From an uncultured Actinomycetota bacterium (GTDB lineage: Bacteria; Actinomycetota; Actinomycetes; Actinomycetales; Microbacteriaceae), in contig CAWDMS010000008.1 in assembly GCA_963803465.1 (NCBI GenBank), forward strand, positions 124,903 through 188,902: 64,000 nucleotides of DNA, given 5' to 3'. Position 1 is the stretch's first letter. Each line of letters begins with the position of its first letter. The position numbers were made by a program, and so were the translations under genes. The notes under the pieces are model-generated. The model made no database searches. It saw nothing but the letters and a program-made list of their open reading frames with translations, and was not told the DNA's origin. Positions 53,091 through 64,000 of the stretch are shown here, piece after piece.

Positions 53091-54261
53091 TCAGTCCCGC
53101 CCGTAGATGTCGCGCGTGTACACCTTGTCGGCGACATCGTCGAGCTCGTCGGAGCGCCGGTTCGCCACGATCACGTCCGACCGCCGCTTGAACTCCTCGA
53201 GGTCCCGCAGCACCTCAGACCCGAAGAACTCGTCCTGCTCGAGCTCCGGCTCGTAGAGCACGATCTCGACGCCCTTCGCGCGGATCCGCTTCATGATCCC
53301 CTGGATGGACGAGGCCCGGAAGTTGTCCGATCCCGACTTCATGATCAGCCGGTGCACGCCGACGACGCGGGGCTCCAGGCGCAGGATGTCCGCCGCCACG
53401 AAGTCCTTGCGCGTCGTGTTCGACGTGACGACGGCTGCGATGAGGTTCTGCGGCACGTCCTCGTAGTTCGCGAGGAGCTGCTTGGTGTCCTTCGGCAGGC
53501 AGTAGCCGCCGTAGCCGAAGGAGGGGTTGTTGTAGTGCGCGCCGATCCGAGGGTCGAGCCCGACGCCCTCGATGATCTGCGCGGCGTCGAGCCCATGCGT
53601 CGCCGCGTAGGTGTCCAGCTCGTTGAAGTACGCGACTCGGAGCGCCAGGTAGGTGTTGGCGAACAGCTTGATCGCCTCTGCCTCTGTCGCGCCGGTGAGC
53701 AGCACCGGCACATCCTGCGCCTCTGCACCCTCGGCCATCAGGTCCGCGAACAGACGCCCGCGCTCCCCGGTGTCGCCGACGACGATGCGCGAGGGGTGGA
53801 GGTTGTCGTGCAGCGCGCGACCCTCGCGCAGGAACTCCGGGGAGAAGATGATCGCCGCGCCAGGGTGCGCTGCCTGCATGCGTGCAGTGAATCCGACCGG
53901 CACCGTGGACTTGATCACCACGGTCGCGGCCGGGTTCACCTGCGAGGACGTGCGCGATGACCGACTCGACCGACGACGTGTCGAAGAAGTTCTCCTCCGG
54001 GTCGTAGTCGGTGGGCGTCGCGACGACCACGAACTCGGCGTCCTGCGTACGCGTCGGTCGAGCATCCGTCGTCGCCCGCAGGTCGAGCGGCTTCTCCCGA
54101 AGGTACGACTCGAGCTCGGCGTCGACGATCGGCGAGATGCGCTCGTTGACGAGCGCGACCTTCCGAGGGTCGATGTCGACCGCGACGACCTCATGGTGCT
54201 GAGCGAGCACGACCGCATTCGACAGCCCGACATACCCGGTTCCAACGATGACGATCTTCAC
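53091..54261 (-). CDS. ugd: UDP-glucose 6-dehydrogenase (apparent frameshifts)
   Basis: [38 protein letters not shown]. Confidence 0.93.
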
Positions 54262-54398
54262 AGCAGCTCGCGCTCTCTGCTGACTGGCGTCAGCGTCGGG
54301 ACTGACGCCCCGCAGACGCCCTGACAACCCTAGCGACCCGCCCAGGACGGCGATGGGCGCGACCCGAGGTCGCGCCCATGTCTGCGCTGCGCCCTGCG

Positions 54399-54741
54399 TC
54401 AGCGGTTCTTGTACCGCTCGACGATGTCGGCCGAGATGCGGCCGCGCGACGCGACCTTCAGCCCCTGCGACTCCGCCCACTCGCGGATCGCCGCGGTCTC
54501 GTTGTCGCCACCGCTGCCGCGCGCCCGGCGCGTCCCGCCGGTCTTGCGGCGCCCGGACGACCCGGCGCGACGCGCGCACGAAGCGCTCGAGCGAGTTGGA
54601 GAACTCTTCGATGTTGGAGTTGCTGAGGTCGATCTCGTATTCGGCGCCGTCGAAGGCGAATCGAATCGTGCGACCCTCGCCGTCGTCGATCGACTGACCT
54701 GAGAGGTCATCGACCAGCTGGACCATTGTCTTCTTTGCCAT
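54399..54741 (-). CDS. lsr2: Lsr2 family nucleoid-associated protein (apparent frameshift near 54560)
   Basis: MAKK...LVDDL.G, F.FDG..YEIDLS, IREWA...G..V..RGRI. Confidence 0.9.
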
Positions 54742-54820
54742 AGCGAGAAACGTAGCGCAATTCTCCTGCGACGCATACTCAGAACTCGGCGAAGACCGGG
54801 GTACAGGACAGACGCGAACC

Positions 54821-55714
54821 TCAGTCGTCGAACGTCTGCACGAACTCCCGCAACCATTCTCGAAGCGGCGGGCCGAGATCATCGCGCTCGGCCGCGAGCT
54901 GCACATTCGCCTTGAGGTAGTCGAGTCGATCGCCGGTGTCATAGCGGCGCCCGCGGAAGATGACGCCGTGCACGCCGCCGTCCGTCTCATCCTCTGCCAG
55001 CGTCAGCAGCGCATCCGTGAGCTGGATCTCCCCGCCACGGCCCGGCTCAGTGCGCTCCAGCACCGGGAAGATCTCCGGCTTCAGCACGTAGCGGCCGACG
55101 ACCGCGAGGTTCGACGGCGCAGTGCCCGGCTCCGGCTTCTCCACCAAGCCCGCGCACGCGGACGACGTCGTCCTCGTCGGTCGCCTCCACCGTGGCGATG
55201 CCGTAGAGGTGCGCCTGCGACGGGTCGACCTCCATGAGCGCGACACGTTGGTGTCGCGCTGGTCGTGCACCTGCAGCATCCGCTCGAGCAGATGATCCCG
55301 CGCATCGATGATGTCGTCGCCGAGCAGCACGGCGAACGAGTTGCCCGCGACGTGCGCCTGCGATCGCAGCACCGCATGCCCGAGCCCGAGCGGATCGCCC
55401 TGACGCACGTAGTGGATGTTCGCCAGCCCGGTCGATTCCGCGACCTTCGAGAGCCGCGCCTCGTCGCCCTTGCGCATCAGGATCGCTTCGAGCTCGGTCG
55501 CCCGATCGAAGTGGTTCTCGAGCGCGTTCTTGTTGCGGCCGGTCACGAACAGCACGTCGGGCAGCCCCGCGCGCACCGCCTCCTCGACCACGTACTGGAT
55601 CGCCGGCTTGTCGACGACCGGCAGCATCTCCTTCGGGAGCGCCTTGGTCGCGGGAAGGAATCGCGTGCCGAGCCCGGCCGCTGGGATGACGACCTTGGTG
55701 ACGGAGTGCCGCAT
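54821..55714 (-). CDS. galU: UTP--glucose-1-phosphate uridylyltransferase (apparent frameshifts)
   Basis: PAAGLGTRFLPATKA.PKEMLP, GLGHAV, LGDD, VEKP, GEIQLTDA. Confidence 0.94.
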   Translation of the reverse strand: MRHSVTKVVIPAAGLGTRFLPATKALPKEMLPVVDKPAIQYVVEEAVRAGLPDVLFVTGRNKNALENHFDRATELEAILMRKGDEARLSKVAESTGLANIHYVRQGDPLGLGHAVLRSQAHVAGNSFAVLLGDDIIDARDHLLERMLQVHDQRDTNVSRSWRSTRRRRTSTASPRWRRPTRTTSSACAGLVEKPEPGTAPSNLAVVGRYVLKPEIFPVLERTEPGRGGEIQLTDALLTLAEDETDGGVHGVIFRGRRYDTGDRLDYLKANVQLAAERDDLGPPLREWLREFVQTFDD

Positions 55715-55955
55715 GGGGCCACGGTAGTGGCGCATGGTGACGAGCGCGCCTGAGCCGCGGTCCGAGGATTCCCTCTGGCAGCCTGCTGAATCCTCAGCGC
55801 CGCTCAGTGCCCGCTGAGCGCCGGCGCCCGCGCTATGCATGGGCATTGGGAGTCGAGTCAGCTGCGCGTGTGAATCCGGGATCGGTGCGTGCTCTGCAGA
55901 GAACACGGAGGCACGGGTGGCGTTGAGCGCAGGCAGCGGTACGACGTTCCGATCG

Positions 55956-57775
55956 ATGCGCGCGAACATGCGCGTCTTCCAGTACCTCTTCGATGCGCTC
56001 GCGTGGATGGTCGCCATCGTCGTCGCGGTCTGGTTGCGCTTCGAGTTCGCGTTCGACGACACCAATTGGTTCGCGATGCTGATGATCTGCCTCGCGGCGG
56101 CCGCTGCGCAATTGGTGGCGGGCCTCATCCTCTCCCTGTATCGCCGGCGCTACCACGTCGGCAGCTTCGACGAGGTGCTCAGCTTGACCGGCTCGGTGCT
56201 CCTCACCGCAGCTGTCGTCGGCATCCCGATCCTCATCTTCGGCGCCGAGATCGGCGTGCCGCGAAGCACCCCCTGATCGCCGCGCCGCTCGCCTTCCTCG
56301 CGATGGCCCTCACGCGCTACTTCCGCCGCGTGGTCCAGGAACGCCAGAGCCGCCCCACCGACCAGGCCGCTCCGGTGCTCGTGTACGGCGCCGGGTTCGT
56401 CGGCTCGAGCCTCGTGAAGCGGATGCGCACGGACTCGCAGTCGCGATTCAACCCGGTCGGCATCATCGACGACGCCCCGGAGCTGAAGAACGCCGTGCGG
56501 TCCGGGCGTCCGAGTGCTCGGCACCGGCGCCGACCTGCCGCAGATCGCGCAGGACACCGGCGCTACATCGCTGGTCATCGCCATCGCGCGCGCAGACGCC
56601 ACCATGCTGCAGCGCATCTCCGACTACGCCGCCGAGGCGGACCTGCGCGTGCTCGTGATGCCGCCGCTCGACGACATCCTCGACGGCCGGCGCGGCATGG
56701 GCGACCTGCGCGACATCTCGATCGAAGACCTCATCGGCCGCCACCCCGTCGACACCGACGTCGAGATCGATCGCCGGCTACATCACCGGCAAGCGCGTGC
56801 TCGTCACCGGCGCCGGCGGCTCGATCGGCTCCGAGCTGTGCCGCCAGATCGTCGAAGTTCGGCCCGGCCGAGCTCATCATGCTCGACCGCGACGAGACCG
56901 GCCTGCAGGCCGCGCAGCTCGCATCTCGGGCCACGGGCTGCTCGACACCAAGGACGTCGTGCTCGCCGACATCCGCGACGCGCGAGCGCTGCAGCGAGAT
57001 CTTCGACGACGCGCCGGCCCGAGGTGGTGTTCCACGCGGCGGCGCTCAAGCACCTGCCGATGCTCGAGCAGTACCCCGACGAGGCGTGGAAGACCAACGT
57101 GCTCGGCACGCTCAACGTGCTCGAGCGCGGCGCGCGCGGTCGGCGTCGAGACGTTCATCAACATCTCCACCGACAAGGCGGCGAACCCCACGAGCGTGCT
57201 CGGCCACTCCAAGCGCGTCGCCGAGAAGCTCACCGCCTGGGCCGCGCGAGACGCGGCGCGGCCGCTACCTCTCGGTGCGGTTCGGCAACGTGCATCGGCA
57301 GCCGCGGTTCGATGCTGCCGACCTTCCAGGCGCTCATCGAGGCGGGCGGCCCGCTCACGGTCACGCACCCCGACGTCACGCGCTACTTCATGACCATCCC
57401 CGAGGCCTGCCAGCTCGTCATCCAGGCGGGCGGCATCGGCGGCCCGGGCGAGGTGCTGATCCTCGACATGGGCGAGCCGGTGCGCATCCTCGACGTCGCC
57501 AAGCGCATGATCGCGATGTCGGGCAAGCACGATCGAGATCGTCTTCACCGGGCCTGCGCGACGGCGAGAAGCTGCACGAGGAGCTCGTCGGGCGCCGCGA
57601 GCAGCTCGAGCGGCCGTTCCACCCCAAGATCTCGCACACGCCGCGCCGACCCGATCTCGCCCGAGCGGCTCGACAAGGCGGGCTGGGAGGCGCGGATGCT
57701 CGCCGAGCACCGCGCGACAACGACACGGCGCGACGCATCGATCGCGCGCCATCGGACGCGGAGACGCCGCAGTGA
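55956..57775 (+). CDS. CapD/PglF-like nucleoside-diphosphate sugar dehydratase (many apparent frameshifts)
   Basis: N-terminal TMs, EDLIGR, VTGAGGSIGSELC, FHAAALKH.P, STDKA, VRFGNV, RYFMTIPEA, GEKLHEEL. Confidence 0.88.
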
Positions 57776-58931
57776 GCGAGCGCATCTACCTGTCGTCGCC
57801 CGACGTCGGCCAGCTCGAAGAAGACGCCGTCGTCGCCGCGATGCGCTCGGGCTGGATCGCGCCGCTCGGCCCCGACGTCGACGCCTTCGAGCGGGAGCTC
57901 GCCGAGCGGGTCGGCGTCGCGCACGGCGTGGCGCTGAGCTCGGGCACCGCGGCCCTGCACCTCGGGCTGCTCGACGCTCGGCGTCGGCCCGGGCGACGTC
58001 GTCGTCACCTCGACGATGACCTTCGCCGCCACCGCGAACGCGATCGTCTACACCGGCGCCGAGCCGTACTTCATCGACTGCCTGCCCGACACCGGCAACA
58101 TGGATCCCGCGCTGCTGCGCGAGGCGCTCGCCGACGCTGACGCGCGGCGGGCGAGCGGGTCGCGGCGATCGTGCCGGTCGACCTGCTCGGCAAGGCGGTC
58201 GACTACACCAGCGATCCTCGCGATCGCGCGACGAGTACGGCGTGCCGGTGCTCGCCGATGCCGCCGAGTCGCTCGGCGCGACCCACGCGGGCACGCGCGG
58301 CCGGGCAGCTTCGGCCGCGCCTCGGTCGTGTCGTTCAACGGCAACAAGATCATGACGACGTCGGGCGGCGGGATGCTGCTGACCGACGACGCCGAGTTCG
58401 CCGCAGCACGTGCGCTACCTCGCGACGCAGGCGCGCCAGCCGGTCGTCGCACTACGAGCACACCGACATCGGCTACAACTACCGGCATGAGCAATCTGCT
58501 CGCGGCGCTCGGGCGGGCGCAGCTGTCGCGGCTCGACGAGATGATCGCGCGGCGGCGCGAGATGCGCGAGCTGTACAAGGAGCTCTTCGCCGACGTCGAC
58601 GGGCGTCGAGATCTTCGGCGGCGGACGGCGACGAGGACGACAACTGCTGGCTGACGTCGATCCTGGTCGACGCAGTCGCCGACGGGCTGGGCGCCCGCGC
58701 GAGCTCTCGGCGCGCGCTCGCCGCGCGACGAACATCGAGAGCCGCCCGCTGTGGAAGCCGATGCACCTGCAGCCGGTCTTCGCGGGCGCGCGCGCGCTCG
58801 TCAACGGCAGCGTCCGAGCGCCTGTTCGAGACCGGGCTGACGCTGCCGAGCGGCTCGGCGCTGTCGGACGAGCAGATCGCGCGCGTCGACGACCGGCATC
58901 GCGCGACTTCCTGGGCGGACGCGCTCGATGA
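57772..58931 (+). CDS. DegT/DnrJ/EryC1 aminotransferase (many apparent frameshifts)
   Basis: LSSP, GWIAPLGP, SSGTAALHL, TFAATAN, SFNGNKIMTTSGGG, RPLWKPMHLQP, LPSGS. Confidence 0.88.
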
Positions 58932-59559
58932 GCGGCGCGCGCGCTCGCCGTACGACGTCGTGAAGCGCGCGCTCGACGTCGTCGGCTGCCGGGTCCGGCT
59001 CTCGTGGCTGCTGTCGCCGGTGCTGGCTCGGTCGTCGGCATCGCTGGTGCGCCGTCAACCTGGGCCGCCCGGTGATCTTCCGCCAGCCGCGCCCGGGCCG
59101 CGACGGCGCGGTCTTCACGCTCTACAAGTTCCGCACGATGCGCGACGTCGATGCGGCGCGCGGCCTCGTCACCGACGAGCAGCGGCTGACGCCGCTTCGG
59201 CGCGCTCGCTGCGCTCGACGAGCCTCGACGAGCTGCCGACCCTCTGGAACGTGCTGAGGGGCGACATGAGCCTCGTCGGCCCGCGGCCGCTGCTGTGGCG
59301 TACCTCGACCGCTACACCCCGGAGCAGGCGCGCCGCCACGAGGTGCGGCCCGGCATCACCGGGCTCGCGCAGGTCAGCGGCCGCAACGCGCTGGCCTGGG
59401 AGGGGAGCTTCGGCTCGACGTGCAGTACGTCGACGAGCGGAGCCTGCTGCTCGACGCGCGCATCCTCGTTGAGACCGTCGTCGGCGTGCTGCGGCGAGCG
59501 GCGTCACCGCCGAAGGCCACGTCACCATGCCGGAGTTCCGCGGCGTCGGCGGCGCCTGA
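58928..59559 (+). CDS. Initiating sugar transferase (PglC-like, apparent frameshifts)
   Basis: KRALDV, F.Q.RPG, YKFRTM, SLDELP.LWNVL.GDMSLVGPRP, RPGITGLAQV.GRN. Confidence 0.85.
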
Positions 59560-60185
59560 GGCCTCGTCGTCTGATCGGCGCGGGCGGCTTCGGCCGCGAG
59601 GCCCTGGACGTCGTCGAGGCGGCGAACCGCGGCGAGGCTCGGTTGGAGCTGCTCGGAGTGGTCGACGACGCGCCGTCCGCCCTCGCGCTCGAGCGCCTGG
59701 CAGCTCGGGGCATCGCTCACCTCGGCGGCGTCGGATGGCTCGCGACCGCGATCCCGGTCGAGTACCTGATCGGCGTCGGCGCTCCAGCCGCCCGTGCGCG
59801 CATCGACGGCGTGCCTCCCGGACTGACGCCCGGCGACGGTCGTGCACCCTGCCGCCGTGCTCGTGATCAGCTCGACGGTCGGCGATGGTTCGGTGATCTG
59901 CGCCGGCGTGCAGGTGTCGACGAACGTGCGCTCGGACGGCACGTGCATCCTCAATCCCAACGCGACGATCGGGCACGACGCGGTCGCTCGAGGACTTCGT
60001 CTCCGTGAATCCAGGCGCGGTAGTCTCCGGCGAGGTAGTCATCGCAGACCAATTCCCTCGTTGGCGCGGGCGCTGTATCCTTGCAGGCCTGACGGTCGGG
60101 GCGTGGGGCGGTGGTGGGCGCAGCCGCGTGTGTAACCCATGACGTGAAGCCGATGCAACAGTCTAAAGGAGTTCCCGCCAGATGA
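59560..60185 (+). CDS. PglD/NeuD-like sugar acetyltransferase (apparent frameshifts, start uncertain)
   Basis: IGAGGFGRE, HP.A, hexapeptide repeats, IGHD, GVPA. Confidence 0.78.
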
Positions 60186-61355
60186 AGCACCAGCGCAAGC
60201 CCAAGACCCTCGTCTTCATCGTGACAAGCGAGATGACCGCAACGACATTCTTGAAGGGCTACCTTGCGAGTCTGCGGGAACAGGGCTTCGACGTGACCAT
60301 CGTCGCGTCCTCCGAGGCGCTCTCGAAGAACTCGCCGCTGCGGAAGGTGTGACGGGTGTCTCGATCTCGATGCGGCGAGAACCGAGTCCCGTCGCCGACC
60401 TCGCCTCACTGCGCGCACTCATCGCCCTGCTTCGTCGTCGCCGTCCGGAGATCGTCGTGACAGCCACACCCAAGGCTTCATTGCTCGGGATGCTCGCGGC
60501 TCTCGCTACGGGGGTGCCAACTCGGGTGTACCAGGTGTGGGGACTGCGGATAGAGACTGAGCACGGGCTCCGTGTCCCCGCTCCCTTCTTGAAGCGGGTC
60601 GAGCAATTGACGCTCAGGCTCGCGACTCACGTCGTGGCGAACAGCAGCAGTCTTGCGGACGAGGTTCGGAGACGGGTGCCAGGTCGCGCAGTCGAGGTCC
60701 TGGGTGAAGGGTCCTCGCACGGCGTCGATGTTGAGCGCTTCAGTCGAGAGCGAGTCATGGAACCGTTGCCATTCGCCGCGACTGCCGTGTTGCGCGAAGA
60801 GCGGCTCATCGTGGGCACCGTGGGCAGAGTGCACCGCGACAAAGGAATCCTGACGCTCCTGGCTGCGATGCGAACTGGTCGCCGAGCAGCGCCCCGCGGT
60901 CTTGTTGGTCGTCGGGCCCAGCGAAGACCCTGTGACCGAGGCGGCTCTGAGGGAGGAAGTCCGCACGGCCTACGCATCCTGCGTGTCGGTGCTGTCGAGG
61001 ACCCGAGACCGTGGTTCATCGCCATGGACGTGCATGCGCTGCCGATGTGCCGCCTGAGGGCTTCCCGAATGTGGTGCTTGAAGCTTCCGCGCTCGAGGTG
61101 GCGACCATCACGACCACGGCAACCGGCGCTCGCGACGCGGTCGTGAACGAGTCCACCGGCCTGCTCGTGCTGGTCGATGACTCGACCGCGCTCGCTCCAG
61201 CCATCTCGCGCCTCGCCGACGACCCAGCTCTGCGCGAGAGGCTCGCCAGGGCCGCTCGTGCCAGAACGGAGACGAACTTTCGCCAGGACGCGGTCTGGCG
61301 GCTCCAAGGGCAGTTCCTGGAAGCCGCGCGCGGCGCGGCACCTCATGCTCGTTGA
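60182..61355 (+). CDS. Family 4 glycosyltransferase (apparent frameshifts)
   Basis: TPKASLLG, SS.GVD..RF, VGR...DKG, EGFPNVVLEA. Confidence 0.82.
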
Positions 61356-61472
61356 CACACACGCACCGTCGGCGGAGCGCCACGAGGGGAAGCTGTTGCG
61401 GCATGCTGATGAGCGGCTCCACACTTCGGTGCACTGCACGCCCGTACACCTCGTCCCACGTAAGGCCCGAAC

Positions 61473-62760
61473 ATGACACAGACGACCCACGGGGCGCACA
61501 GCCCGAGATCGCTCCAGTCGAATGTCGGTGGGAGCGCAGGGCCTGTTGCGCTCGTGTGCGTCACGGCTCTCACACTCAACCATTCAGCGATATTCAGCGG
61601 GATCAACCTATCGATCGCCGATCCGTTGATCGTACTTGTATTCATCGGCATAGCAATTGCTGGCAAAATTGCGATGCCTCCACACTGTTCTGTTCTTTTT
61701 TGCCCTCGTGGCCATTACCTCAGTCACCGCGCTGACGCTGACGCCTGCGCAGTTCGGGATTATTCCCGACGACCGTTCAATCATTGCCGACCTGGTGAGC
61801 TGGTCCTGTGTGCTTGCTGTACTTGATCGCGGGCGTCGGCGTTGCACTGATGGAGCGGCATCTGCAGGCGCTCCGGTGGTTCGCCTGCGGGGCCGCCCTT
61901 GTTGCGGCAACAGCCATCGTCTTGCAGATCTCCGGGACTCGACAACTCGCGGACTTTCTCTACTACGGCGGCATCCGTTTCCAGGGGTTCATGGTGGATC
62001 CGAACTACTGGGCCGTACTAACATGCTCCGCGATCGCTTTCTTCATGCGCGACACGAAGTGGCGTCCCGCCGTCCGCGCTAGCCTTATCGCCGTCTTGGC
62101 ACTTGCGATACTGCTTTCCGGGTCGAAGACAGGCCTCATTACGCTGGTCATCTTCGTATGCCTGTTCCTCGCTGAAAGGTTGGTGCGGCTCAGGTTTGGG
62201 CTCGCGATCATGCTCGCCTCGATCGCCGCCATAGTTGCCTTCTCGTGGCAGTCGCTCACCGAAGTCATGAGCTCAGCGCTGGAACGCAACGCTGGTCGCG
62301 CCGCAACTTGCCCGGCTGTCGGACCTCGTACGGATCCAGTCGCCGCAGTCGGCGACGGCGGCTCCGGGCGCTACGACACCTGGGAAGCGGGGTTGAGATC
62401 ATCACCCAACTGCCACTCCTACTGGGCGTCGGTGTCGGTTCCTGACATCTCTGTAAACGAAGCGCTCACTGGGCAGCGCGCGCTGGCTCACAACACTTAC
62501 CTGCAACTCGCTTCCGAATGGGGACTCCCCTTGGCGGTGGTGTTCTTCACCTGGCTACTCGTGGTCATCGTGCGGGCCACGGCAGTGGGCTGGCAGAATG
62601 GGAGCCGCGAGTGAGGTGCTAGCGCTCTGAGACATGACCGTGGTCTTCTTGATGGGCTCGCTCTCACTGTCACTCAACAACGCAAGAATGTTTTGGTTCT
62701 TCTTGGGTATGTTGCTCGTTGTTGCCGCGCTCGTGCACCTCAAGTCTGGTTCAAGGGCTG
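61473..62760 (+). CDS. O-antigen ligase/Wzy-like membrane protein (apparent frameshifts, end uncertain)
   Basis: Many TMs, RFQG...DPNY, SGSKTG, AHNTYLQL..E.G. Confidence 0.75.
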
Positions 62761-62849
62761 AGCCTGGGGCGCATTGCGCCAATGCCCTGAACGATGGCAG
62801 TAACGTCGGTCGCTCGCCGAACGGATGCCTGAGGGAAGCACTCCAGCTT

Positions 62850-64000
62850 TCGAAGTTCTTGCCGCTGAGCTGGTTCTCGATTGCCGCGAGCAACCTCGCT
62901 TCGACCCTGCCGAGAGAATCGGCTCATATCGCCAGCAGGCGGCGGTGCGACTCGTCCCGAACTGCGCTTCTCGATCACGAGGTCACTCAGATAGGTTGCG
63001 ATCAGTTCTGGGTCGTTGCTGACGAGCCCTAACGAGTTTGCGCGGACGAGCTCCTCAGCTACTCCGAGCTCGTACCCAGGGTCAATATTGGTCGTCTCGC
63101 GCCGATATACTCGAAGATCTTTCCTGTGTAGACACCGGCCTCGCCCGGATCGTTCCAGAGCAGAAGGAGAAGCACGTCCGCTTCTGCTTGCAGACGTAGT
63201 GACGTTGCATGGTCGACCTGGCCGACTCGGCGTCGCACGGCGTGTGCGATCCCTACCTCAGCCGCAATGGTAGCGAAGTCACTGGAATTCCGGCCGTAGA
63301 AGTCAATCAAGATATCAGATGTGGGGTCGCGCTCCATCACGAGCTTGACGGCCCGAAACAGGGGGCGCGGATCCCGGCGGCCCGGGTACATCAGCCCGCA
63401 ATGAACCAAGGTGAGGGCTGGCGTGGTTGGCTCGTACCGCAGCGGCTTGAAGTCAGCGGGGTCGTAACCGTTCGTCACCAGCGTCGTTGGCCGGCGATGC
63501 AACCGGCCGAGTTCGTCGACCATCGGTTGAGTGACAGCGGAGACGCTGCCGCTCGAGATCGAGCACGCCTTTCAATGCGCATGTCGAGGGCGTGCCGCAT
63601 CTGCCCGTGCTCGTAGTACGCGCCGGATGCCAGCAGATCGCGATAATCCACCACGAGGCGCGCGCGAAGACGCCGAGCCAGAGACGCGCCCAGGAGGAGT
63701 GAGCTCAACGGACCCACGCTGGCCACTACGACGTCAGGCCGCAAACTGGACGCGCGCCGCTGCCGCTAGCGCGCCAGCGGCCCAGGGCCCATACACGTCG
63801 GGCCAAATCAGTCTCTTCGTGATCGACTTCGCCGTGCGAATCGGCTTTGAAAGCACCGAACTGTGGCCTTCCGACGCCTGCGAGCCAGAGCCGCGTCGCT
63901 CGTCCCAGCGGGTAAGTTAGAGACCCTGTGAATCGTCAGGTTGCTGTGCCTGGCGGAACAACGCCCAGTGGAGACTGGCTCACGAGCGATGACGTCCACG
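62850..64000 (-). CDS. Glycosyltransferase (5' end outside window, apparent frameshifts, end approximate)
   Basis: PDVVVAS..P, VDYRD, TNGYD, G..Y..RRDP, GKIFEY....RPIL. Confidence 0.78.

Overview
High-GC actinobacterial chromosomal window, probably Microbacteriaceae such as Agrococcus (inferred from gene content and repeat style). It carries housekeeping genes (tatD, metG, rsmI, pmt, hrpA) and a 2-methylcitrate cluster (tctCBA-prpD-prpB, then prpC) with a divergent GntR regulator. There is also a cluster of paralogous two-Cys lipoproteins around a class F sortase and its substrate, several catabolic genes, and from about 53 kb a surface-polysaccharide locus that contains lsr2 and becomes lower in GC after about 60 kb. 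Many genes show single-base frameshifts, densest after about 49 kb, most likely read or assembly errors. The main unexplained signal is at least four families of short palindromic repeats. One family (58-60 bp, GGACCC-based) brackets an AbiEi-like/DUF559-like putative nuclease gene in inverted orientation and also occurs as solo copies, a REP/RAYT-like layout without an HUH transposase. A GTAG-type REP doublet sits in frame inside hrpA. Family assignments are from motif recognition only, no searches were run. No rRNA, tRNA or CRISPR array was recognised.
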